43,542 nucleotides of DNA from Macrostomum lignano. Its lineage: Eukaryota. The DNA lies in NCBI GenBank assembly GCA_002269645.1, contig NIVC01004515.1, positions 1 through 43,542 on the forward strand, read 5' to 3'. The translations under genes and the position numbers were made by a program. Shown here piece after piece: positions 1 through 11,995 of the stretch; position 1 is the stretch's first letter, and every line of letters begins with the position of its first letter. The notes beneath the pieces are model-generated. The model was not told the DNA's origin and made no database searches. It saw only the letters and a list, made by a program, of their open reading frames with translations.

Positions 1-104
1 TGCGAGACTAAAGTGCACTGTGCTGCAGATGTAGAGAGAAGCTGATCGGTTCAGATGAAGCACTTAAATATACTTAAGAGAACTGAAGATACTCATACTT
101 AATC

Positions 105-400
105 CAGGGCGTCGCCACCGGCATCGCCATCGCGCCAGTAAAACTATGGGGGACAAGCCTTTTGCTTTAGGGTGCCAAAATGAGTGACTGCGGCATCAAA
201 ATGAGTGACTGCGGCATCAAAATGAGTGACTGCGGCACCAAAATGAGTGACTGCGGAACCAAAATGAGTGACTGCGGAACCAAAATGAGTGACTACGGCA
301 CCAAAATGAGTGCCAACAACACAGATTCTCAAAATACAAGTACATGTAGAATTCTTGGCTTTGTCCCCCCCACCATAAAAAACACATGGCGAAGCCCCTG
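105..400. mobile_element. Small non-autonomous TIR element (MITE-like) with an internal 21-bp tandem repeat
   Basis: CAGGGCGTCGCCA at 105-117 is an imperfect inverted match to TGGCGAAGCCCCTG at 387-400. A second inverted pair, TATGGGGGACAAGCC (145-159) vs GGCTTTGTCCCCCCCACCATA (357-377), lies inside. No clean TSD found. Confidence 0.5.
177..311. repeat. 21-bp tandem repeat (AAAATGAGTGACTGCGGCAYC), ~6 copies
   Basis: Directly visible period-21 repeat; explains ORFs 144..332 and 180..521. Confidence 0.95.
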
Positions 401-793
401 CTTAGCGCTGTCTCTATCTCAAAACCAGATCAGGCGCAATCTCTCAGAAGACCGCAGGGAACTTGACAGATGCGGCGCAGCCTATACTAGAAGTAATAGA
501 GAAAGGTATAAGAGTGCGTGAGTCGACGTCTTTTATTACTGAATTACTGAATAATAAATGGTACTTTGCAATCGGTCTTAATCCACTTTTTGAGTAAGAA
601 TATTTTCAGCAGCTCAATTCCTGCACACTGGCTTGCTGCAGACAATGTCCATGGATTAGGGCAGCAGCTGTTGCACGCTGGGAAAGATTATTTATTTTGG
701 AGCAGCAATACAAACTTCCTAGCTGCTGCCTTCAACAGCTGGTCAACTGCGCTGGATTTGGGAGGCCGCTGTGGAAAGCTGAAGACCGGATAA

Positions 794-1830
794 CCCAGAT
801 CCCCACTCCCAAATCCCCACTCCCAGATCCCCACTCCCAGAACCCCACTCCCAGATCTCTACTCCTAGATCCCCACTCCCAGTCCACTCCCAGATCCCGA
901 CTCCCAGAACCCCACTCCCAGATCTCCACTCCTAGATCCCCACTCCCAGTCCACTCCCAGATCCCCACTCCCGGATCCCCACTCCCAGATCCCCACTCCC
1001 AGTCCACTCTCAGACCCCACTACGAGATCTCCACTACCAGATCTCCACTCCCGGATCCCCACTCCCAGATCCCCACTCCCAGATCCCCACTCCCAGATCC
1101 CCACTCCCAGATCCCCACTCCCAGATCCCCACTCCCAGATTCCCACTCCCAGATCCCCACTCCGAGATCCACACTCCCAGATCCCCACTCCGAGATCCAC
1201 ACTCCCAGATCCCCACTCCCAGATTCCCACTCCCAGATCCCCACACCGAAATCCCCACTCCCAGATCCCCACTCCCAGTCCACTCCCGGATCCCCACTCC
1301 GAGATCCACACTCCCAGATCCCCACTCCGAAATCCCCACTCCCAGATTCCCACTCCGAGATCCACACTCCCAGATCCCCACTCCCAGATCCCCACTCCCA
1401 GAACCCCACTCCCAGATACCCACTCCCAGATACCCACTCCCAGATACCCACTCCCAGATTCTCACTCCCAGAACCCAAATCTCAGATCCCCACTCTCAGA
1501 TCCCCACTCCCAGATCCCCACTCCCAGATCCCCACTCCCAGATCCCCACTCCCAGATCCCACTCCCAGTCCACTCCCAGATCCCACTCCGAGATCCCCAC
1601 TCCCAGACCCCACTCCAGATCCCCACTCCCAGTCCACTCCCAGATCCCCACTCCGAGATCCCCACTCCCAGACCCCCACTCCCAGATCCCCACTCCCAGA
1701 TCCCCATTCCCAGATCCCCACTCCCAGACCCCCACTCCCAGTCCACTCACAGACCCCCACTCCCAGTCCACTCCCAGATCCCCACTCCCAGTCCACTCCC
1801 AGATCCCCACTCCCAGATCCCCACTCCCAG
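794..1830. repeat. C-rich 14-bp minisatellite (GATCCCCACTCCCA)n, degenerate
   Basis: Directly visible. The unit is not a multiple of 3; the minus strand carries G3/G4 runs. Confidence 0.95.
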
Positions 1831-2270
1831 CTCATTATTCAGTAATGGATTAATGCCTGACAAATAAATCAACTGACAAACGATAGCGTTGACGGTACAG
1901 ACTCCATTATTTGACTCATTACTTTCTTTATCTACTCTATAGTTTTACGCAAGCAGTGCATATGCTTTTTAAGATATGTAAAAATGACAGTTCCCATTGA
2001 GCAATAATGCTGGTAAATGATTGACAGACGTTTATCATTCATGTACGAATCCGATAAGAACCGGGCTATTTTTACAACAGCAACAACCCCGCTTATCGGC
2101 TAATTTTATATCCAACAGTCTCTGCTAGGCCTGTTCACTTTGAGGCATTCGTGGAGAGGATATAGGTCTGGTTGTCCTACAGTTCTCTTGAGCCTGCACA
2201 ATGCTTGCTGAATCTACCTGATCGCCCTCTCTCCCTTGGGTATCGGTGGCTCAGACACCATGTTGGGATG

Positions 2271-3164
2271 CCAGGGGCTTTAGCACCAGGGGCTTTAGCA
2301 CCAGGGGCTTTAGCACCAGGGGCTTTAGCACCAGGGGCTTTAGCACCAGGGGCTTTAGCACCAGGGGCTTTAGCACCAGGGGCTTTAGCACCAGGGGCTT
2401 TAGCACCAGGGGCTTTAGCACCAGGGGCTTTAGCACCAGGGGCTTTAGCACCAGGGGCTTTAGCACCAGGGGCTTTAGCACCAGGGGCTTTAGCACCAGG
2501 GGCTTTAGCACCAGGGGCTTTAGCACCAGGGGCTTTAGCACCAGGGGCTTTAGCACCAGGGGCTTTAGCACCAGGGGCTTTAGCACCAGGGGCTTTAGCA
2601 CCAGGGGCTTTAGCACCAGGGGCTTTAGCACCAGGGGCTTTAGCACCAGGGGCTTTAGCACCAGGGGCTTTAGCACCAGGGGCTTTAGCACCAGGGGCTT
2701 TAGCACCAGGGGCTTTAGCACCAGGGGCTTTAGCACCAGGGGCTTTAGCACCAGGGGCTTTAGCACCAGGGGCTTTAGCACCAGGGGCTTTAGCACCAGG
2801 GGCTTTAGCACCAGGGGCTTTAGCACCAGGGGCTTTAGCACCAGGGGCTTTAGCACCAGGGGCTTTAGCACCAGGGGCTTTAGCACCAGGGGCTTTAGCA
2901 CCAGGGGCTTTAGCACCAGGGGCTTTAGCACCAGGGGCTTTAGCACCAGGGGCTTTAGCACCAGGGGCTTTAGCACCAGGGGCTTTAGCACCAGGGGCTT
3001 TAGCACCAGGGGCTTTAGCACCAGGGGCTTTAGCACCAGGGGCTTTAGCACCATGGGGCTTTAGCACCAGGGGCTTTAGCACCAGGGGCTTTAGCACCAG
3101 GGGCTTTAGCACCAGGGGCTTTAGCACCAGGGGCTTTAGCACCAGGGGCTTTAGCACCAGGGGC
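2271..3164. repeat. Near-perfect 15-bp minisatellite (CCAGGGGCTTTAGCA)n, ~59 copies
   Basis: 52 identical units (2271-3050), one unit with a 1-nt insertion (CCATGGGG at 3051), 6 more identical units, then a partial unit. Confidence 0.98.
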
Positions 3165-3525
3165 GCCAGCAGCCCCCTCCCTAGGCTACTCGCCCCTACT
3201 CCAGAAAGCCAAAACTTCCCATTTTCTCCACTGCCAGTGCAGAGGCCGCCCAGCCAATGAGAAGCATTCTCACAATTACAGATGAGGAGGTGTATGTTTA
3301 GGCGGAATATACATGTAGCCACACTCTACTGAATGCATTGAATTTAACGAACGTACTCAAATAACTCTATTGTTTTGGAGTTAGTTTCAGCTCTCAGGAA
3401 TCCGATCTTTATAAAGGTAAGCTGATGTAGTCAATGTACACATTTATAATGAGTCAATATAGATAGGTTTTTTGACAAAGTATTTCATAGAGTGATAATG
3501 ACTAATATGTCTGTGTGTCTTGGGC

Positions 3526-4100
3526 ACAGTGAGATGTCGAGAGGGGGTACACCGGGAGTCTGGAGGGTACAGTGAGATGTCGAGAGGGGGTACACTGGGA
3601 GTCTGGAGGGTACAGTGAGATGTCGAGAGGGGGTACACTGGGAGTCTGGAGGGTACAGTGAGATGTCGAGAGGGGGTACACCGGGAGTCTGGAGGGTACA
3701 GTGAGATGTCGAGAGGGGGTACACCGGGAGTCTGGTGGGTACAGTGAGATGTCGAGAGGGGGTACACCGGGAGTCTGGAGGCTACAGTAAGATGTCGAGA
3801 GGGGGTACACCGGGAGTCTGGAGGGTACATTGAGATGTCGAGAGGGGGTACACCGGGAGTCTGGAGGGTACATTGAGATGTCGAGAGGGGTACACCGGGA
3901 GTCTGGAGGGTACATTGAGATGTCGAGAGGGGTACACCGGGAGTCTGGAGGGTACATTGAGATGTCGAGAGGGGTACACCGGGAGTCTGGAGGGTACATT
4001 GAGATGTCGAGAGGGGTACACCGGGAGTCTGGAGGGTACATTGAGATGTCGAGAGGGGTACACTGGGAGTCTGGAGGGTACAGTGAGATGTAGAGAGGGT
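3526..4100. repeat. 43/42-bp minisatellite (ACAGTGAGATGTCGAGAGGGGGTACACCGGGAGTCTGGAGGGT), ~13 copies
   Basis: GAGATG recurs at 3531, 3574, ... The unit drops to 42 bp (G5 to G4, CAGT to CATT) in the right-hand half. Confidence 0.95.
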
Positions 4101-4379
4101 ATTAGATATGCATGGGGGTTTAGTTAGTTGATAATACCTGCAATGCATTGCTTTCCTACAATTATGGTTATGAGAGACAATAAAAAGATGAATTTCGATA
4201 ACAAAAAATCCACTGTGATTTTTATTCAAATCGGGGTTTAACTAAAATATAAAATCAAATCGTGTTAGGGGTATAGAGCGTAGCTTTCACTTACGGCAAT
4301 GGTTCATGAGTAGGCATCCGTCTTATAGGGCTGCCTGAAGGTTCACTAGACACTGATGCAGGCCCAACAGGCTGATCTA

Positions 4380-4915
4380 CGAGGGTTGTTGTAAAAGTTT
4401 TCATGTTTGCTTGAAGTTAACAATGATTAGAAATCCCTATCGGCATCGCTTTACAGCTATACCAATCGATCACTGTCACTTATGTCGCCAGATTTGCCTA
4501 AAGGTTGATTGCTGGCACACTTGCAGTTGGATTTTACTTTAAATAATTAAGGACAGCAGTCGTCGTTTGGTTTTTGACCTGTGCTGGACAGCTTGGTGAC
4601 ACCATCGAGAGCAAGAGCATGAACACCAAATGCAAGGAGCACCTCATCAAAGGTCTGCGTCGCTATTTTACCCTTGGATAAAATGGTGTCGACTCTCCTT
4701 GGACACCCGAAACTCTATATAGGATGTTTTGGTCATTTTATCACTTCGTGTCTTGCAGCTCCTTAAGATTGAACCTTGCTTTATCTCTCACGTACACAGA
4801 ATTTGAGAAAACATTTTGTCTATAAGGATGGTTATAGATAAACACACGGCATAATCAGACACAATTTGCACTCAGGAAAAGAAAAAGCCCGCGGAAACTT
4901 TTGTAGCAACCCTCG
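4380..4915 (-). mobile_element. Internally deleted mariner/Tc1-type DNA transposon (536 bp)
   Basis: 21-bp TIRs CGAGGGTTGTTGTAAAAGTTT (4380-4400) and AAACTTTTGTAGCAACCCTCG (4895-4915), 3 mismatches, flanked by TA on both sides (4378-4379, 4916-4917). An internal minus-strand peptide TFDEVLLAFGVHALALDGVTKL resembles the mariner N-terminal HTH. Confidence 0.8.
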
Positions 4916-5037
4916 TAGTACTAATAGCTACATATCGGTAAAGTACATGCATTATCAATAAACATTTGTAACGGCCAAAATGACAAAAAATTTTATTTCA
5001 CTGCGTCAGTACCAATCGAAGCAAGGCAGAATCCGCC

Positions 5038-6159
5038 ATGCAGCAACTGAGAAGACTGATGAAGCCAGTGCTGTTCCTGATGGCGCTACTGCTGCTGGCC
5101 CTGGGGATGCATCGTGAGATCTTCGGCAGTCGCATCCACTCAGTTATTTCTTCAAAGAGGCGGGCCATGAAAACAAAAGACACAGTGCCAGCGACTGTTG
5201 ACAACCCTCTGCCGTCGGGTGCCTGCGGCGCCTACAGCGAGCTCCGCAGCGTCAACTTCCTGCACAAGTCCATCAGCGAGAGCATCTGCGAAGGCGCCGC
5301 CGCCTACACCATCGTGGACAGCGCGTTTCCGCTCTGCCGACTTAAGCAGCACCTGCCGCACGTGCTCATCGAAGGCGTCAGAGCTGCGAGCATGCAGACC
5401 TTCATCAGAAGCCCCCTCACCCAGAGAAACGTCTCCAGCTTCGTCTACTCGAGTCCCGACCTCATCTCGACCAGCATCCGCACGGAGCACATCTTCGAGG
5501 AGCGGAACGTCCGCATCATGCAGCGAATCATTCGCAACCTGGCCGCCAAGTCGCCCGTCACCTTCGTGGACGTCGGCTCGAACATCGGCGTGTTCAGCCT
5601 GTCGGTCCTCGATCTCGGAGTGCCCGTCATCGCGCTGGACGCGAACATCCGCAACCTGATTCGAATCAAGCTGTCAGCCGAGGCGGCCAATTCGCCTCAC
5701 AAGCTGCACCTGCTGTGGAACTTCGTCAGCAGGCAGGTGTCGCTCATGTACCTGAACTTCCCGAAGGACTGCAACATTGGCGGCGCCACCAAGTTTGGCA
5801 GGGCCGTCGTCGACACGATCCCGGTGATGTCGGCCACCGCGGACTCCATCGTGCCGCTCATCGACACGAAGCTGGTCGTGTTGAAGGTCGACATCGAAGG
5901 AGGCGAAGGCGAGTTCTTCAAGAGCGCGAAGAAGCTGTTCGACACCTTCACGATTCCCGTGGTGCACATGGAGTGGCTAAGGAAGCACATGAGCGAGGAG
6001 GAGCGCCAGTTCATGATCAGCTTCTTCGCTGAGAGGCGCTACAGCGCGAGGAGCATGAACGATCTGACGAAGTTGATCAACATCAGCCACACAGGGTATC
6101 AGGGAGATGACCTTGTTTGGGTGCACAAGGATATTGAGGATGCAGGCGTGCTGCTTTGA
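5038..6159 (+). CDS. FkbM-family (Methyltransf_21) SAM-dependent methyltransferase, paralog A, with N-terminal signal anchor; single coding exon
   Basis: 373-aa ATG ORF with strong GC3 bias. Motif I FVDVGSNIGVFSL, post-I IALDAN, LKVDIEGGE and HMEW motifs typical of FkbM-like enzymes. Hydrophobic stretch VLFLMALLLLALGM after basic residues. Confidence 0.9.
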   Translation: MQQLRRLMKPVLFLMALLLLALGMHREIFGSRIHSVISSKRRAMKTKDTVPATVDNPLPSGACGAYSELRSVNFLHKSISESICEGAAAYTIVDSAFPLCRLKQHLPHVLIEGVRAASMQTFIRSPLTQRNVSSFVYSSPDLISTSIRTEHIFEERNVRIMQRIIRNLAAKSPVTFVDVGSNIGVFSLSVLDLGVPVIALDANIRNLIRIKLSAEAANSPHKLHLLWNFVSRQVSLMYLNFPKDCNIGGATKFGRAVVDTIPVMSATADSIVPLIDTKLVVLKVDIEGGEGEFFKSAKKLFDTFTIPVVHMEWLRKHMSEEERQFMISFFAERRYSARSMNDLTKLINISHTGYQGDDLVWVHKDIEDAGVLL

Positions 6160-6413
6160 ACGAGTCTGTTTATGAGTGCTTATATGATTGAAATTGCACA
6201 TGCTTGAAAACAATGTCGATATGTTGCATGAACCGATTGATTATCTGTAGAACCAGTTGCTGTTCATTTGGCTCTGCTGTGTACTTTTGACTTGATTTTT
6301 TCAGACAATTAAAGTGTTTACTCATGCTTCGAATCGTTACAAAAACGACTTGAAACAGGTTAATCTGTTTTGAGTAACTGGTCCAGTTAATCTGTAACTG
6401 GGCTAACCGGGCC

Positions 6414-6700
6414 AATATGGTCACTGCGCAATAGAAATTGAAATGCCGTTTCGGCCTAAGCACATGGCTGAGTCCAACTGTCTGGGACATTTTTTAATCG
6501 ATAGACGTATTGTTTTTCTATATACATGATGTTTTATCATATTATAAGAGTTGTTATAAGAATATGGTCACTGCGCAATAGAAATTGAAATGCCGTTTCG
6601 GCCTAAGCACATGGCTGAGTCCAACTGTCTGGGACATTTTTTAATCGATAGACGTATTGTTTTTCTATAAACATGATATTTTATCATATTACGAGTATTA
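6414..6700. repeat. 147-bp tandem duplication (2 copies)
   Basis: AATATGGTCACTGCGCAATAG... starts at 6414 and again at 6561, near-identical for ~130 bp. Confidence 0.9.
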
Positions 6701-6964
6701 AGAGTTGAATTTCTGCAAAACTCTTCGCTGGTTCTGTAACATTTAATAACACAATGGTTTAATAGTTATAATTTATTTAAAAAGCGCAGAGATTATCCAT
6801 GCCTTACGATTAGAAAGTCAAAGTGCCACTGTACTGTGTATATTGCTACACAGTATACTCGTACTCGTGGAGAAATACCAGAGCACAGGATGTCTATGGC
6901 CCAATCTTCAGCAATAATTCGTTAACTAGATTTTGGCAGCGTCCATACAGCGAGCAAAAGTCAA

Positions 6965-7060
6965 CATGATGACTCACGACAAAAGACATCCAATTCTACG
7001 CTTTTGGTCGATTTTGAGCTGGGAAAAACTGCACCAGAAGTAGATGAGGAACTCTGAACC
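6965..7060 (+). mobile_element. Possible fragment of a mariner transposase N-terminus
   Basis: Peptide STLLVDFELGKTAPEVDEEL resembles the mariner ..LLYEFxLGxxAxE.. helix. No TIRs identified. Confidence 0.3.
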
Positions 7061-7254
7061 ACACTGCCAAGCTTACGGCACACCCAATGTAGCCTACTTA
7101 TTTCCTAATCGCTGATAATAATATATGGTTGATTACACTTGTAAAACTTAATAGCCAGATGTGCAACCGACAGCTCAGCCGCAGCTATTGGGCGGCGCAT
7201 CTGAAGGCTGCGTACGGCTGTTCAGTCCAAGGACTGGGGGGGGGGGGCGCCACA

Positions 7255-7410
7255 CACAGCCTCAATTACCCCAGCTAATGCTGGTACCCATTCTACAGCT
7301 GGGTGAACTGAAGCAATGCAGAGTCGAGTGCCTTGCTCAAATGACACTAATTGTTCCGAGCAGGTCGAGAATCGAAACCCCGACCTTTCAGTTGTGAGTC
7401 CCAATCACTG
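7255..7410 (+). mobile_element. SINE-like fragment (resembles Nin/Deu-domain SINE core and tail)
   Basis: GCTGGTACCCATTCTACAGCTGGGTGAACTG...GTGCCTTGCTCAA...GAGAATCGAAACCCCGACC resembles, from memory, the widespread invertebrate SINE consensus; not database-checked. Confidence 0.5.
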
Positions 7411-7722
7411 ATAAAGAAGTAATTAAGCTGCTAGGATGAGGCTGCATCAAAGTCTCAAAACGTATACTTGCCAAAGTCAAGTCCCAGCAAAAGTCGAAGC
7501 AAAATTTTGATTTCAACAAATTACATGCAGCATCATCAAAGGAACTAAAATGAATATGGTTAATGACTTCTTAATTGACTAGAGACGCAATCAACAAACT
7601 ATGTGTACGTTTTATCGATTCCAATACTGCTAATTTTGTCCTTAGATACATGTATGTAAAATCATTAGGGAATTAAGCCCTAATTTGCCGATCGAAAGAC
7701 CAGCTAATCTAAAACCGCCTGC

Positions 7723-8892
7723 CTATTGTTTAAAGTCTCCGTGAATCCAAAACAGAGAATCGGTGTTAAAATTCTTGTTCTTTACATTGGCCGGAATGTT
7801 CCAAAGCATTGCAGTCCTCGGGCTGTAGCGCCTCTCAGCGAAGAAGCTGATCATGAACTGGCGCTCCTCCTCGCTCATGTGCTTCCTTAGCCACTCCATG
7901 TGCACCACGGGAATCGTGAAGGTGTCGAACAGCTTCTTCGCGCTCTTGAAGAACTCGCCTTCGCCTCCTTCGATGTCGACCTTCAACACGACCAGCTTCG
8001 TGTCGATGAGCGGCACGATGGAGTCCGCGGTGGCCGACATCACCGGGATCGTGTCGACGACGGCCCTGCCAAACTTGGTGGCGCCGCCCATGTTGCAGTC
8101 CTCCGGGAAGTTCAGGTACATGAGCGACACCTGCCTTCTGACGAAGTTCCACAGCAGGTGCAGCTTGTGAGGCGAATTGGCCGCCTCGGCTGACAGCTTG
8201 ATTCGAATCAGGTTGCGGATGTTCGCGTCCAGCGCGATGACGGGCACTCCGAGATCGAGGACCGACAGGCTGAACACGCCGATGTTCGAGCCGACGTCCA
8301 CGAAGGTGACGGGCGACTTGGCGGCCAGGTTGCGAATGATTCGCTGCATGATGCGGACGTTCCGCTCCTCGAAGATGTGCTCCGTGCGGATGCTGGTCGA
8401 GATGAGGTCGGGACTCGAGTAGACGAAGCTGGAGACGTTTCTCTGGGTGAGGGGGCTTCTGATGAAGGTCTGCACGCTCGCAGCTCTGACGCCTTCGATG
8501 AGCACGTGCGGCAGGTGCTGCTTAAGTCGGCAGAGCGGAAACGCGCTGTCCACGATGGTGTAGGCGGCGGCGCTTTCGCAGATGCTCTCGCTGATGAACT
8601 TGTGCAGGAAGTTCACGTTGCGGAGCTCTCGATAGACATCACACATTTTGGCAGGCAGCGGCCTGTGAATGACCAGCGCGTTTTCCGGAGAAGACGCTTC
8701 TGATGGCTTAATGACGTCAAGCTGTAATGTTGAATTTTGCTTTCGGGTCCGCACTGCTGGTAGCTTTTCTAATCCAGTTAGCATTTTTTTGCCGAAAATT
8801 GCATCGAAGTGCCAGCTGCGGTACATCTCATAAAACAATCCGATTACTACCAACGGCGTTAGAAGGATTATGGGCATCTTCAATTGCCTCAT
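7723..8892 (-). CDS. FkbM-family methyltransferase, paralog B, with N-terminal signal anchor; single coding exon
   Basis: ORF track starts at TTG 8910; first ATG is 8892 (MRQLKMPIILLTPLVVIGLFY..). Same catalytic motifs as paralog A. Convergent with A. Confidence 0.9.
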   Translation of the reverse strand: MRQLKMPIILLTPLVVIGLFYEMYRSWHFDAIFGKKMLTGLEKLPAVRTRKQNSTLQLDVIKPSEASSPENALVIHRPLPAKMCDVYRELRNVNFLHKFISESICESAAAYTIVDSAFPLCRLKQHLPHVLIEGVRAASVQTFIRSPLTQRNVSSFVYSSPDLISTSIRTEHIFEERNVRIMQRIIRNLAAKSPVTFVDVGSNIGVFSLSVLDLGVPVIALDANIRNLIRIKLSAEAANSPHKLHLLWNFVRRQVSLMYLNFPEDCNMGGATKFGRAVVDTIPVMSATADSIVPLIDTKLVVLKVDIEGGEGEFFKSAKKLFDTFTIPVVHMEWLRKHMSEEERQFMISFFAERRYSPRTAMLWNIPANVKNKNFNTDSLFWIHGDFKQ

Positions 8893-9009
8893 TGTTGAGC
8901 GCACCTGCAATGTTTTTAAAGATTTAATTACGTTTTTTCCAGCGGGGCACGAGGGATGAACAGTTCCAGGGGTCTGGCAATAATCTGAAACAAGCTTTTG
9001 CGGCTAAAA

Positions 9010-9538
<529 letters not shown>

Positions 9539-10210
9539 CCACGTATCAAATCTTCAAGCACGCAGCTGGGCCTTTCTGCTGGTTTAGCTGCTTGAGTATG
9601 CTCAAGCTTTTAAAAGAGAATTTAGCTGATATAAGAATGGTCCGATCCTAAAACACGAGTGACTGTACACTGCGAGGCCTGCAGGGTTTTCGAACTGAGC
9701 ACCCATGAGGTGAATCTTCAACTCCTTCATTCATGCTGCCGTCCAACCCCCTCCCACCCCCAGCATGCTCTGCCCTTTCTCTCCACTTTCTTCATGAGAG
9801 GAGCCGCAGATTCTCTATCCCATTTCCTCTGCTTGCTCAGGGACTCGGGGCATTTCATTGACGTCCCATGGTTCACTCAGTCCTGCACTCGCCCGCTGTG
9901 TGCAGTGTGGCTAGCGGCTCTCCTCAGTCTCCTCTCTGTCGAATATGGCCGCCCGCTAGCGGAGGGATCCCACACTAAAAATAGCCCGTTGGCGGGATGC
10001 GCCCCAGTGCGGGCCAGCCCACAATGGTTGGGATATGCCATTGTGGGGCTGTGGAGAAGCAGACGCCAGAACTTGACTCGCATTGGTTGGCAAGATACAT
10101 GGCACTAATTAAAAAAATAAAAGCATTTTTCCCGCCTGAGCGCTAATTGAATTGACCTAATTGAATTGACCGCTGCCACTTGTGCGCCATTCCAGCGCTG
10201 ATTTCAGCTT

Positions 10211-11760
10211 TCCGGCACTGATTTGGGGATCCTGGCGCTGATTTGGGGATCCTGGCGCTGATTTGGGGATCCTGGCGCTGATTTGGGGATCCTGGCGCCG
10301 ATTTGGGGATCCTGGCACCGATTTGGGGATCCTGGTGCCGATTTGGGGATATTGGCGCCGATTTGGGGATCCTGGCGCTGATTTGGGGATCCTGGCGCCG
10401 ATTTGGGGATCCTGGCGCTGATTTGGGGATCCTGGCGCCGATTTGGGGACCCTGGCGCTGATTTGGGGATCCTGGCGCTGATTTGGGGATCCTGGCGCCG
10501 ATTTGGGGATCCTGGCGTCAATATTTGCTTTCCAGCGCCGATTTGAGCTTTCCAGCGCTGGTTTGGGCCTTTTGGCGCTGATTTGGGGATCCTGGCGCCG
10601 ATTTGGGGATCCTGGCGCTGATTTAGGGATCCTGGCGCTGATTTGGAGATCCTGACGCCAAATTTGGCTTTCGGTGCCAATTCGAGCTTTCCTGCGCCAA
10701 TATTTGCTTTCCAGCGCCGATTTGAGACTTCCAGCGCTGGTTTGGGCCTTTTGGCGCTGATTTTAGCATTTCGGCGCTGGTTTGGGGATCCTGGCGCCGA
10801 TTTAGGGATCTTGGTGCCGATTTGGGGATCCTGGCGTCAATGTTTGCTTTCCAGCGCCGATTTGAGCTTTCCAGCGCTGGTTTGGGCCTTTTGGCGCTGA
10901 TTTGGGGATCCTGGCGCCGATTTGGGGATCCTGGCGCTGATTTAGGGATCCTGGCGCTGATTTGGAGATCCTGACGCCAAATTTGGCTTTCGGTGCCAAT
11001 TCGAGCTTTCCTGCGCCAATATTTGCTTTCCAGCGCCGATTTGAGACTTCCAGCGCTGGTTTGGGCCTTTTGGCGCTGATTTTAGCATTTCGGCGCTGGT
11101 TTGGGGATCCTGGCGCCGATTTAGGGATCTTGGTGCCGATTTGGGGATCCTGGCGCTGATTTGGGGATCCTGGCGCCGATTTGGGGATCCTGGCGCTGAT
11201 TTGGGGATCCTGGCGCCGATTTGGGGATCCTGGCGCTGATTTGGGGATCCTGGCGCCGATTTGGGGATCCTGGCGCTGATTTGGGGATCCTGGCGCCGAT
11301 TTGGGGATCCTGGCGCCGATTTGGGATCCTGGCGCCGATTTGGGGATCCTGGAGCCGATTTGGGGATCCTGGCGCCAATATTTGCTTTCCAGCGCCGATT
11401 TGAGCTTTCCAGCGCTGGTTTGGGCCTTTTGGCGCTGATTTGGGGATCTTGGCGCCGATTTGGGGATCCTAGCGCCGATTTGGGGATCTTGGCGCCGATT
11501 TGGGGATCTTGGCGCCGATTTGGGGATCCTGGCGCTGATTTGGGGATCCTGGCGCCGATTTGGGGATCCTGGCGCTGATTTGGGGATCCTGGCGCCGATT
11601 TGGGGATCCTGGCGCTGATTTGGGGATCCTGGCGCCAAATTTGGCTTCCGGCGCCAATTCGAGCTTTCCAGCGCCAATTTGAGATTTTCCGGCGCAAATT
11701 TGAGCTTTCCAGTGCTGATTTTGGCCTTTTGAGGCATGGCTTTAGGGATCAGCACTGATT
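10211..11760. repeat. 20-bp minisatellite (GATTTGGGGATCCTGGCGCY)n with a ~320-bp higher-order duplication
   Basis: Period 20. The diverged block TGGCGTCAATATTTGCTTTCC... near 10500 recurs near 10820 together with its downstream variant units. Confidence 0.95.
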
Positions 11761-11995
11761 TATATCAATTTGGCACTACAAAAATCAAAAGTGTCATTTT
11801 TGGACTTGTTATTGATTGTTGTCGATTGTTGATTGTTTTGTTATTGATTATTTGTCAATAAGGTATACTCCATTTAGATCACTATTTGCTGAGAGTTGAT
11901 TGCTTCATTTTATGCGACTCAGGATCTAATAAATATCCACTACCTTGTTATTATAATTGAGTTATGGTTTACTTTTACGACTTAATTGTGTAATG

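Larger units (their letters stand above)
5239..8628. repeat. 814-bp inverted repeat formed by the coding cores of paralogs A (5239-6052) and B (7815-8628), 1762-bp spacer
   Basis: By-eye alignment gave 9 substitutions and no indels in 814 bp. Confidence 0.95.

Noticed and set aside
697-4229. Long Pro-rich, (PGALA)n, (STRGF)n, (KAPGA)n and similar ORFs resembling mucin or elastin
   Set aside because: They arise from 14-, 15- and 42/43-bp tandem units open in several frames on both strands, mostly with non-ATG starts and no unique domain.
6414-6700. 147-bp duplication as a retrozyme or Penelope hammerhead (GGCCGAAAC on the minus strand)
   Set aside because: No CTGANGA core found in either strand of the unit. 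The CACTGATGCAGGCCC near 4350 is also too degenerate.
5152-8703. Overlapping and antisense ORFs within the methyltransferase genes (also those over 15676-16715, KCTD and SLBP)
   Set aside because: Shadow ORFs expected from very high GC3 codon usage.
5038-8910. Bacterial contamination or chimeric contig as the source of the intronless GC-rich genes
   Set aside because: They are interleaved with eukaryotic mariner and SINE fragments and satellites, have signal-anchor N-termini, show no operon or RBS context, and share codon style with neighbouring spliced genes. Ancient HGT is not excluded.
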